From: Azolla caroliniana
Taxonomy: Eukaryota; Plantae; Polypodiophyta
DNA length: 64,000 bases
Direction: 5' to 3'
Assembly: GCA_043228905.1 (NCBI GenBank)
Contig: JBHGNT010000004.1
Coordinates: 18,910,001 to 18,974,000, forward strand
Positions 40,577 through 51,708 of this stretch are shown piece after piece; the first letter of the stretch is position 1, and each line of letters opens with the position of its first letter. A program made the position numbers and the translations under genes. The notes beneath the pieces were generated by a model that saw nothing but the letters and a program-made list of their open reading frames with translations, made no database searches and had not been told where the DNA came from.

Positions 40577-42148
40577 CCATGGATCGATCGATCGATCGAT
40601 CGCATAACATTATAATTTCTGTACATATGTAGTATGTACATACATACTCTGCTTTTTCAGATGTTATGTTGGATGAAGAAGAAAATTATCAATAATTATG
40701 GAAATAGGCCTCCTCCACCATCCATAACCCATTATAACCAACCCCCAAGAGGGCACCCCAATAAATTACAAAACCCCACCCGAAATCTTCTAACACGGCC
40801 CGATGATGTGGTCGACTGAGCGGCCACCCATACAACACGGCCGGACACTCTTGCCCGCCTACGGCTCACGCCTTCACACTTTGTCCTCTTCATGACCTGC
40901 CTAACTTCTCCCGCCAACAAAAAACTGCCCAATCTACCTACCATTCATCCGGTCTTCGGATTGTCCCATAGCTTAGTAACTATAGAGAGTGACTGCCAAT
41001 CGTTTCTCACCCGTCTCTCTAACAAAAGGGTAGATGGAAGTCTGTTCCAACACACAAACTTCGTGGTGGTTCCCAAGAAGAACACTGGAGCAAGACATAA
41101 CTTTCCAATCAAGACATTGAAGGACCCTAGTCTCATCCTCGCCTCGACTCTACATCAACTTATATGTCTTCTTGGTCGTTCGACTATCATCATCTCATGT
41201 CTACTTCCTCAACCTAGGTGAATTTTCACAAGAAAAAGAATTGTGCCTACATCAATTCACAACAAGTCATCAACTACACCACCGACTTCAATCATATGAT
41301 AATTATCATGAAATGTTCATAGTGAATCACAAGGAAAACTCAAGGTGGACAAGTTTGGTTCCGTCTCAATGACCTCAAATACAAGCTTCAACTAGTCCCT
41401 CATGGATGAAATGAAGGATGAACATTATCCTTTACGAGAGAAAGATGAAATCTACCATTTTTGCAAAAGGGCACAAGATTGAGATTAACATTGAATAGTG
41501 GCACAAGCAAATTGGCTAGTGGCCACATTAACCTCTAAAGGTTGTGGATGATGCAATCAAAAGAAGTGATCATAAGATTCTTGTTTTGAAAAGAGATGTA
41601 TATACAAAAGACTGATGCTACTATGCATGCAATCACTATATTCTAGATCCATACACAACAATCTGTGATCGATCGAATTATTGTTGTTTTGTCGCAACAT
41701 CTAAACTCTACCAACATCACACAACAATTGGGTTCATGCAATATTGTGATGCTTTGGTGCCACAACTTAGTTTAATCACATATATTGCAAGAACAATTCA
41801 CATCCATGTCAAGTATCCATCAAACATCTTACTTTGATTCTAGAGTCCAAGGATAGACTAAAGATGCCTTATAAATTTATGACAATAGAGAGACAGCCTA
41901 ACATTGTTATGAGTATAAAGGTAATACCTATAAACTTTATACCCCTTAAGTTTAAAAGGGACATAGTTGTTCTTTATTTAAATAAGGAAGATGTCTCAAG
42001 ATGGTTCTCAAGAAGGGAACCCTAGTAAGAAGTAGCCTATGGTAAGGACATCGAAAGATGTTACACATGTACCTCAATCTTATGAAGCATTGTAATCACA
42101 AGTAAACATATTTAAGAATTACGTTTTTTGGCAATTCTTCTATCATAT

Positions 42149-42389
42149 TGTGAAATGCACATAAGAGATCAAAACCAGTCTACTTAGCTTCTTACTTAAT
42201 CAATTTATAGTTGATACAACGGAACCCATTTGGGTTGGCTAGGCTAAAAAGGGTGAGCTAAAAGGGTGGGTCATTTTGGGCACACACATCCTAAAAAGGG
42301 TGTGCTAAAAGGGTGGGTCGACTTGATGCACACACATCCTAAAAAGGGTGAGCTAAAAGGGTGGCACAAAGGAACACATGCACACCACA
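42149..42389 (-). mobile_element. Solo LTR (241 bp) of the TRIM family at 50467-51708
   Basis: TGTGAAATG...CACCACA, clearly homologous to the TRIM LTRs, with ATAT on both sides (42145-42148, 42390-42393). Confidence 0.92.
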
Positions 42390-43469
42390 ATATACCCTCC
42401 TATCATTCACCTTGCAAATGCAAAACTAATGACAACATGTGATTCTTTTATTTTGTAATAAATTATAATTAGGAAAACCTAAGAAGTTGAAACAACCAAT
42501 CATAAGGACAAATCTCCAAGCCAAAAAACATAGAGAAATTGATTGATGATGATCATCACTTCACTTAGGATCACCTACTAGTAGTGTCCAAGAAGAAATG
42601 AAACAAATGCACTTGAACGACATTATGAGCCCCAAACAAATTGTTATAAATAACATGAATAAACATCTTGTTGGCAAGTCCCACTAATGTGCATCTCAGG
42701 GCATTCATGCCCCTTGAATAAAAACCAATATAATGTAAATTGATTGACAATTAAATCCTAAATTAGTTAAGGCTTAACGTGTTTAGTTTGGACAAGGCTT
42801 AACATGTTTGGTTTGGAAAAGTCCAAACCGATTAAGTTGAAACCGAACCATTGCCGATTCCTACTTCCTAGATTCACTTTTTCAATATCGTTTTAGTACA
42901 TAAGTAATGGGGTTTACCATTTATGTTGAGATTCAGATCTTGTTATAAACCTATCTTAAGTGTACATACTTTTATCTAAATCACACAAAAGCATGAGTAT
43001 GAAGCAATAGGTAGCATGCAAGCACACTTTCTTAACATGTTTTCACCTATACAAGCATCTCATTTAGAGGGGAGTGAGACCTATGAGGGGAGAAAAACCA
43101 AAGCTAACAAAGAGTTTTTTTACTAATTTGTAATTTTATGTATTATACTTCTCTTCTTCTCTTTAATTTTGATCCTAAGATTTAAAGCTCCATTCTTTTC
43201 TTCTTAAGCCTATTCAAACTTCCACTATAATATTGATTTTTTTTCTTTCGTTAAACCTTCACTTTCCTATATCATCTCAAGTCAAATCATAAGTTATCTC
43301 TCTAATACACAATCATCCTCATTCCTCCACTTCACTAGGGAAGAAATGCATTTTACATGTTCGTAAGTATGTGACACCATGATCCTACAATCGTGCTCGT
43401 GAAATGTTGCCAAAAGGAAATCAAAAGGGGGATGACATGATCCAACCACCATAGAACTTGAAATGGAAG

Positions 43470-43471
<2 letters not shown>

Positions 43472-43529
<58 letters not shown>
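43472..43529. repeat. (GA)n microsatellite
   Basis: Uninterrupted GA run. Confidence 0.97.
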
Positions 43530-43533
<4 letters not shown>

Positions 43534-43937
43534 GTTATCTGTGGGAAGTGTTGAGGGATGGGGGGTGGAGCCAAGAACGGCTCCACCCCCTTCCCAAGGG
43601 GGTTGAGCGTGAAGAAACTAGAGAGAAAGAGAAAGAGAGAGAGAGACAAAACAATGTTGAGAGGAAAACTAGTGTTCTCATTCATGTCCCCTATGGTGGG
43701 GTTATATAGGTACATTCCATGAGGGTTACAATCCAAGAACATCCAATGAGGGTTGTAGGTTAGTTACATAACCTTGTAACAACCTACCCACTTTACATAT
43801 TATTATACTCACACTTATGTGCACATGTGCACATAGACTTACACATGACTTTTAATACAAAGACTTTACACTTATCTCGTACCATCACTTATACACTTAT
43901 ACATGTATAATCCCACGGATAACAATATCAAAGTACG

Positions 43938-44580
43938 TTGTATAATACATTCCTTGTTGAAACATGGCAGCATGATACTCAAAGGATTCAAGGTTTAAGA
44001 AACTATAATGTACACTCGTTGATATGTGAGAAAAATCCAAGACAAAGAAGAGGACAAAGAGGGGTGGCATGTTTGATTAAGAAGGAAATAGAGAAATATG
44101 TGCCGATCATAAAAAATGATGAACATAAATGCTACATATGGCTCATAATAGAAACAGCTAATGACTTGCCCACTTTTGTAGTTGGATGTTACATTCCTCA
44201 TAAAGATTCTAACTTTTATGCTTGTTTGGATAAAGGTCAACCTTTTGCCAATCTAGAATATGATATTGCTTATTTCAAATCCAAAGGGGAAATTATTGTC
44301 CTTGGTGACATGAATGCCTGTACAAGAAGTTTCCAACTTGATGCACAATAATACTTCATGCCACATATCTCGAGGATGCACTTAGAGGATATGCAGATGT
44401 ATCGTTGCTCTTCTAGTAATGAAAAAGATCCGAACCAATTTGGGAAGTTACTCCTACAAATGTGCAATAGTATTGGATTGTTTATTGCAAATGGTGTTTC
44501 CTTATGACCCAACACTAATGGTGTTTCCTTCTTTTTTGCCTCATAGGTAATTTTTGACCTCCAAAGATGATAATAGAATC
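43938..44580 (+). mobile_element. Internally deleted RTE-type LINE: APE endonuclease fragment joined to the RTE 3' terminus
   Basis: FLVETW, GVACLIK, VGCYIPH, LGDMNA and GKLLLQMC..GLFIANG peptides, followed at 44540-44580 by the 3' motif shared with LINE copies A and B. Confidence 0.75.
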
Positions 44581-45166
44581 TGTTGTTCGGTCGACAATTA
44601 CTACTTTGCCAACAGAGTATAAGACGAACGTTCTATCAAGAAGTTGTGGTTAGACGAATAGGATATGAATTAGTTGTAAAACTTATCGGTGATAATAGAC
44701 ACCAAGATCGTGACTTATGTAATATAGCTTAGCAAAAGAAAATAGATAGCAAGAACGATTCATACACAGAGGTTTCCTAACTAAACTTTATATTACTAAA
44801 TACAACGATAGATTTTTACAATGCCTTGGGTTCCTTTTATAGGTGTCACGGATCATAAGCTCAAGAGACAAGCAAGAAGATAACCAAATGGACAAGAAAG
44901 AAGATAGTATTAAAGGAAAGACTCCATAACTAGTGTTGTTCACCTTGAATTCCTTCAAGGTGATCTCCTCTATTTATACTACATGGCATGCATACTTGTT
45001 GCACGCATGTGAATCTACAATAGAGCATGTAGGTATGCATGCATGTGCCAAGTGTAAATACTACAAGGGAGCAACTATGCACATGATGCTAGCAAAATAA
45101 TAAGGACCAATTACATACATAACTATGTACTAGATATCTTGGTTAACTCATAATACTAGATTATAA

Positions 45167-48100
45167 CTATGTCGTGTCAAGAGTTCGAATCTTGACATTA
45201 TCCCCCCTCCTACGCCGCCTTCCCAAATCGGCCGCTGGTTTGTGGGGATATCGGTGATGAAAATCTTGGACGACCTCTAGGGCATTTTGTAAATTTGCCG
45301 ATGGTTCCCATGTGGCCTCAGACATGGGGTAACCCCTCCATAGGACGAGGTATTGCAAGTGTTGACGGTGCCAATGTGAGTCAAGGATTTGGTCGACCTC
45401 GTATTCCTCCCTTGTCGTCAATTGCACAGGTGGTGGTGGTGGGGCCTGACGTCTCGGGAGTTGTGAAGCATAATGGGGTTCGAGGAGGGAGACATGAAAA
45501 ACATCGTGAATCCGGAAGTGGGATGGAAGGGCGAGCCGGAAGGCGACGGGATTGATGCACTCGATGATACGGAATGGTCCCAACTTCTTATAATCAAGTT
45601 TCGCACATGGACGAGTAGTAGAGATGTGTCGACGTAACAACCAGACCATGTCTCCAACGACAAAGTGTGGAGTGGAAGATCGATGGCGATAAGCCTGCCT
45701 CTTGTATCGTTCACTAGCAAGACTAAGCTCCAAGGATAAATCATGATGTAGTTCTTCCAAAATGCGGGTGCGATCCTTCGCCGAAGGGTTCACGGAAGTG
45801 GTAGGAAGGGAAATCTTGAAGCGAGGATGTAAACCATAGTTGGCAAAGAAGGGAGTGACACCAGTCGATGCATGGAGAGAATTATTGTAGGCGAATTCCG
45901 CGAGCGAAAGTAAGTTGACCCAATCATCTTGTTGGTAACTAACCGAGCACCGAAGATACTGCTCAAGGATTTGGTTGACACGCTCCGTTTGCCCGTTAGT
46001 TTGGAGGTGATAAGCGGAGGACAACTTGACAGAGATGCCTAAAGTTTGTAGCAGGCGCTGCCAGAAGTGAGAGACAAACTGGGGTCCGCGATCCGAGATG
46101 ACATCATCGGGGAGTCCATGCAAGCGTACCACATTGTTGAGTAGTAGATGCACCATTCCTTCTCCGGAAATGGTTTTGGAGCATGGAGTGAAGTGAGCCA
46201 TCTTCGTAAACCGATCGACAACGACCAACACCGAGTCATAGTTATTGACTAAGGGTAGATCAGTTATCAGGTCCATAGATATAGAGGCCCAAGGACGACG
46301 AGGACATGGAAGCGGCTGTAGTAAGCCGTATGGCCGATGATTAATGGCTTTGGAGCGAGCACAAACCTCACAACTCTTTATGTATTATTTGACCAACTTC
46401 CATGGTTGTGGCCACCAATACCCCCGAGAGATTAGCTCGAGGGTTTTCACAACCCCGAAATGACCTGCAAGTGGGTCATCGTGGCATTCCCGCAACACCC
46501 GGGTGCGACATGGGCCCTCTGTGACATATAAGAGATGATCTCGGAACAACAAACCCTCTTGTATGGTGAAGGTGTCAAGATCCTTCCTTTTGGTCGCCTT
46601 GGAGGGGTTTTGCAAACTATCTCGAACCTCGTTGGCGAACACATCGGTCTTGGATGCATCAGTGATTTGTTGGAGTAAAGAATCATCCTGCAACATACAA
46701 GTGGCAAAAAGATGCAATTGGTCGGGTTTCAACAAACGTCTAGATTGTTGAGCATAAGCAGCATCCCCAGGGCGGAGTGCAAGGTCATCTCGGCGAGAAA
46801 GGGCATCGGCCTTCCCATGTTGGCCACATGGTCGAAATACAATCTCAAAATCGTAGTCGGCGAGAAATGTCGACCAACGGGCCTGCCTTCGATTCAAAGT
46901 ACGAGTGGTGGAAAAATAAACTAAATTTTTATGATCAGTCACTACCTGGACACGATGTTGTGCGCCGGCCAAGTAGGGTCGCCATTCTTCAAAGGCAACA
47001 ATGATAGCAACAAGCTCCTTGTCGTAAATGGGATAATTGATTTCGGATGCCGTAAATTTTCGGGAATAGTAAGCCACTGAGTGCATTAGGTTGTTGTCGT
47101 CTACCTGGGATAAGATGGCGCCAATGGCAAAGTCAGAGGCATCGGTTTCGACTTGGAAGGGTTTTTGTGGGGTCAGCATGTAGCAGCACCGGGGCAGTGA
47201 TGAATGCGTGTTTGAGTGAGTCGAACGCATTTTGCGCCTCCGAGGTCCATAAAAATGGAGTGCATTTATGGGTGAGAGCGATAAGAGGTTGTGCTAGGGT
47301 GGAAAACCCCTTGATGAAGCGACGGTAAAAATTCGCGAAGCCGAGGAAGAATTGCACATCTTTAAGTCGCCTTGGAGTCGCCCACGCCTGAATGATAGAG
47401 ACCTTCTTCATATCCATGGTGATGCCAGTGGGCGAGATGATGTAGCCCAGAAATTCGATCGAGGTACGGTCGAACTCGCATTTCTCGCCTTTGGCATAAA
47501 GGCCATGCTCGCGAAGTTTGGCAAGAACTAATCGGACTTGGCGAGTGTGCTCCTCCATGTTTGGCGAGAAAATGAGAATATCATCGAGCTAAATGACAAC
47601 AAAAAGATCAAGATATTCCCGGAATATATCGTTCATCATATGTTGAAAAACTGGGGGAGCGTTAGTAAGACAAAAAGGCATTACCTTGTATTCGAAATGC
47701 CCATACCGTGTTCGAAATGCGGTTTTCCATTCATCCCCTGGCTTGATGCATACTAGATTGTACGCTCCACGCAAATCAACTTTGGAGAAGACACGCGCAA
47801 CTCGGAGCCGATCAAGGAGTTCGGGGATCAGAGGTAGCGGATAACGGTTGTGCACAGTGAGTTTGTTGAGACCTCGGTAGTCGATGCATAAGCGTAGAGA
47901 GCCATCCTTCTTCTTCACAAATAAAATGGGGGCCCCGGCTGGTGACTTAGAAGGTTGAATAAATCCTTTCTCGAGGTTCTCATCGAGATACACACGAAGG
48001 GCCTTCAACTCTGGTGCAGACAACGCATATAGAGGACCAAAGGGTGGACACGCACCTTCTTGAAGATCAATCGGACAGTCGTAGAGCCGGTGTTCAGGCA

Positions 48101-48743
48101 AACGATCAACATTACATTTTTCAAATACGTCGGAGAAGTGTTGGTATTTTTCGGGTATAACATGGAGTGTGTTAGAAATGGCGCCACAAACAAACCCATC
48201 CTGGACTGATGATGGGGTAGTCAATTCGGAGTCGACCGTCTCCGAAGGATAGGAAACTGAATTTACCTTCATACTTTTGCACGAGCATCTTGGCTTGCTA
48301 AATGTGATCGAGCGGTTGCACCAATCCACTATTGGATTGTGCGCCTCCAACCACGTTAGTCCTAAGAAGATCGGATGTCGAGGAGATGCGATGAAGTAAA
48401 AGGCGAGCTCCTCCTGGTGTGAGCCCACCCGAAGCCCTAATGGGATTGTAGCTTGAGTAATTGCACCTGACGAGAGGACGCACCCGTCGATGGCTTCAAT
48501 TGGAATGGGTTTTGAGAGGCCAACGATAGGTACGCCATGTGCTTGGGCAAACGCGACGTCGATGAAGCAAGAAGATGCCCCAGAATCAAGTAAAGAAACA
48601 GACTGAATGGAACTAGAGTTAAACGAAAGTCATACCTCCAATGTGAAATTGCTTGATGGTCCGGCAATGGAACCAACAGAATGTGGGTGACGGGAGATGT
48701 CCAGTTGCATGGCTCCTACTGCAACCGAATGATGTCGTTTTCC
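45167..48743 (-). pseudogene. pol (PR-RT-RH-IN-chromodomain) in the -1 frame of gag, with several disabling lesions
   Basis: [56 protein letters not shown]...YLVLWRGY. Stops at 48632-48630, 47591-47589 (YLDD to *LDD) and 46387-46385; frameshift near 47165. Confidence 0.92.
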
Positions 48744-49732
48744 AGATGTTGGGGTCCGTTAGCTCGATGGAATTGTGGGCGAGTACTCCTAGGACAATGG
48801 TGAACGACATGACCGGAAGCGCCACAATACATGCACAAGCCATTAGCCCGCCGAAATTGTCGTTCAGCATCAGTCAATGGCCGAAATCGGGCTTGATCAA
48901 TTTCCATGGGGACAGGAGCATCTACCAAAGTAGGCGAGTGTGAGGATGCCTGGGGTTGTATGATCGGGGCGTGGCGTGGAAGTGAATGAGGTGGAACCCA
49001 AGTCCGGCGCTCTTCTTGGCGAAATTCGAAAAGACGATTGTCACAATGGACTGCTTGTGAAATCGCTTGGGATAACGAGGTGGGCTCCGGAAAGTTTAAG
49101 AGAAGATTCTTGACATTGCTTCGAAGGTCGCGCCGAAAGTGATAAACTAAAGCTTGATCATCCCAATTGACGTCGCATGCTAGTTGTCGAAATTCTGAAG
49201 CATAGACCGAAGCTGCACGCGAACCTTGTTCGAGTGCATAAATCTTGTTAAGAGTTGTACGTCGTCGGTCCGTCTCTCCAAATGTGGCCTCTAACTCGGC
49301 GAGGAAGGTGGGAAAGTCCTCCAATAGAGGTGACGAGGTTTCTACCAATGGTGCAAACCAAGCTTGGGCCGGACCGGAGAGAAGGGTGCCCACAAGGCCG
49401 ACTTGTCGAAGACCATCTCCATAACGTTGAGGTTGTAGCCGAATGATAAGTCGAACTTGGTTGATGAACCCTTGGAAACGCGACCTCGTTCCATCAAATT
49501 TTTCTGGGAGGCTAACCTTAAGCTCAAGAAACTGTGACGAAGCTAGACTAGATGTTGGTAGAAGATCGGGCTCTAGGTTAGGTTGTTGTGGGAGACTAGG
49601 GTTCGGGGGTTGTGAGGATAGGGAGGTACCGACTTGAAGTTCTTGTAAAGAATTTCGAAGAGCTTCATTTTCAAGTTGTAGCTGTCGTAAGGCTACCATT
49701 ATTTGGCCTAACTCACTAGTTGAGTCGGACAT
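48716..49732 (-). CDS. gag (338 aa) with a CCHC zinc knuckle
   Basis: PEKFDG.R, LLSGPAQAW, YASEFRQLA..V.W, VPMEID, NGLCMYCGASGH...HC. Confidence 0.92.
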   Translation of the reverse strand: MSDSTSELGQIMVALRQLQLENEALRNSLQELQVGTSLSSQPPNPSLPQQPNLEPDLLPTSSLASSQFLELKVSLPEKFDGTRSRFQGFINQVRLIIRLQPQRYGDGLRQVGLVGTLLSGPAQAWFAPLVETSSPLLEDFPTFLAELEATFGETDRRRTTLNKIYALEQGSRAASVYASEFRQLACDVNWDDQALVYHFRRDLRSNVKNLLLNFPEPTSLSQAISQAVHCDNRLFEFRQEERRTWVPPHSLPRHAPIIQPQASSHSPTLVDAPVPMEIDQARFRPLTDAERQFRRANGLCMYCGASGHVVHHCPRSTRPQFHRANGPQHLENDIIRLQ

Positions 49733-50466
49733 AGCTATGGATTATGAGAGGGAGAGCTATGAGGATGGGAAGGTGAACAAATTGTCACGGATCATAAGCT
49801 CAAGAGACAAGCAAGAAGATAACCAAATGGACAAAGAAAGAAGATAGTATTAAAGGAAAGACTCCATAACTAGTGTTGTTCACCTTGAATTCCTTCAAGG
49901 TGATCTCCTCTATTTATACTACATGGCATGCATACTTGTTGCACGCATGTGAATCTACAATAGAGCATGTAGGTATGCATGCATGTGCCAAGTGTAAATA
50001 CTACAAGGGAGCAACTATGCACATGATGCTAGCAAAATAATAAGGATCAATTACATACATAACTATGTACTAGATATCTTGGTTAACTCATAATACTAGA
50101 TTATAACTATGTCGTGTCAAGAGTTCGAATCTTGACAATAGGTAACCCGAAGGTCTTTTCTCATCAAGAAATCCTACTGCCTATAATTATCAAGAATTAC
50201 AAAACTTCGTAACTAACTATATCCTATTTGGCTTATCTGCTGAGTCATCGATCCGACTCCGACTCCAACGCATCCATACTTGTCTGGGTAACAGATATTT
50301 GTTGTGGAGAAAGAGGGATAAGATGGGAATCACATGAGTTACGTGGAATCATCTAGAAAGCCCTAAGTGCTTGGGGGAGCTACAATATAGGACTTATCTA
50401 TGCATATGATGGTTCATAGAGTTTCATTATTGCGAAACATGTGTTTAGACTCACAACCAAGGATAT

Positions 50467-51708
50467 TGTGAAATGCACATAAGAGATCAAAACCAGTCTA
50501 CTTAGCTTCTTACTTCTTAATCAATTTATAGTTGATACAACGAAACCCATTTGGGTTGGCCTAGCTAAAAAGGGTGTGCTAAAAGGGTGGGTCATTTTGG
50601 GCACACGCATCCTAAAAAGGGTGTGCTAAAAGGGTGGGTCAACTTGGGTACGTGCATCTAAAAAGGGTGAGCTAAAAGGGTGGCACAAAGGAACACATGC
50701 ACACCACATTTCCCCCCTGCGAGAAACAAGAGATTGAGGGGCATGAGTGACCATGTGTGGTCCTTGCCGGGAACTGGAACGGTCCTCACTGAGAGTTGGA
50801 ACACGAACACCAACGGGCGTGAGCAACCATGTTGTCCTCACCGAGAATTGGAACACGAACGAGTGAGTGACCATGTGGCCCTCATCGGGAACTGGAACAT
50901 GAACAACAACGGGCATGAGCGACCATGTCGGTCCTCACCGGGATCTGGAACACGAACAATAGTTGGAGTGAGCGGCCATGTGCGGTCCTCACCGGAGATT
51001 GGAACACAAACGGGAGTGAGCGACCATGTGGCCCTCACTGGGAACAGGAACACGAACGGGAGTGAGCGGCCATGTGCGGCCCTCATCGAGAACTCGAACA
51101 CGAACGGGCGTGAGCGACCATGCGGCCCTCACCAGGAACTAGAACACGAACACCAACGGGAGTGAGCAGCCATGTGTGGCCCTCATCGGGAACTCGAACA
51201 CCAACGGGAGTGTGAGTGGCCTTGTGCGGCCCTCATCAGGAACTAGAACATGAACACGAACACGAAAGAAACTAAAAAATAGAGACAATGAAGCGGTGGA
51301 TATCGGGAGGCCTAACTAGTGAACTAAGGCGGTGCTAATAGAAGAGATACTACTACAAGAGACTAACAAGAGTGTCGGTGATGGTGGTGAAGGCGATGCT
51401 ACCTACGAAGCGGAAGAGGCGGATGCTTGGATGTGGGGGACTGGTACCCCGTCATCTCCACCAATATGTGAAATGCACATAAGAGATCAAAACCAGTCTA
51501 CTTAGCTTCTTACTTCTTAATCAATTTATAGTTGATACAACGAAACCCATTTGGGTTGGCCTGGCTAAAAAGGGTGTGCTAAAAGGGTGGGTCATTTTGG
51601 GCACACGCATCCTAAAAAGGGTGTGCTAAAAGGGTGGGTCAACTTGGGTACGTGCATCTAAAAAGGGTGAGCTAAAAGGGTGGCACAAAGGAACACATGC
51701 ACACCACA
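50467..51708 (-). mobile_element. TRIM (non-coding miniature LTR retrotransposon, 1242 bp)
   Basis: 242-bp LTRs 50467-50708 and 51467-51708 (one substitution seen), ATAT TSD, minus-strand PBS TGGTGGAGATGACGGGGTA (51463-51445), purine-rich PPT at ~50718-50709. Confidence 0.93.
50744..51266. repeat. Tandem array of ~10 units (mostly 44-53 bp) inside the TRIM, each a predicted stem-loop
   Basis: GTGAG-C-GRCC-loop-GGYC-CTCAY followed by GGGAACTGGAACACGAAC, recurring near 50744, 50820, 50864, 50916, 50969, 51017, 51063, 51111, 51163 and 51213. Confidence 0.9.

Larger units (their letters stand above)
44844..50137 (-). mobile_element. Ty3/gypsy chromovirus, Tcn1/Tf1-like (5294 bp)
   Basis: LTRs 44844-45197 and 49783-50137 (one indel and one substitution seen), ATAGG TSD (44839-44843, 50138-50142), PPT GGAGGGGGGATAA at 45210-45198, separate gag and pol frames, type I chromodomain. 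The lineage call is inference. Confidence 0.95.
44581..50293 (-). repeat. Possible older solo-LTR-like sequence (44581-44843 plus 50138-50293) split by the Tcn1-like element
   Basis: TG...CA ends and a minus-strand CCTATAAAAGG TATA-like motif at the insertion point. No matching TSD found. Confidence 0.35.

Noticed and set aside
40660-42130. Retroelement or gene fragment upstream of the PPR gene
   Set aside because: Short ORFs with no recognisable motifs and no definable ends.
43353-43742. ORFs with SL or RE dipeptide runs (also at 2922-3147 and 61288-61893)
   Set aside because: Translations of (CT)/(GA) microsatellites.
43066-43800. Possible decayed LTR after a PPT-like AGAGGGGAG-TG
   Set aside because: No partner LTR, TSD or linked coding sequence.
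50744-51266. CRISPR-like array, or proteins from ORFs 50680-51165, 50626-50916 and 50838-51101
   Set aside because: No unique spacers; the ORFs are by-products of a GC-rich tandem repeat inside a TRIM.
51445-51463. tRNA or tmRNA gene, or a phage-like att site (...CTCCACCA)
   Set aside because: Only the 3'-terminal ~19 nt are present, adjacent to an LTR, so it is a PBS.
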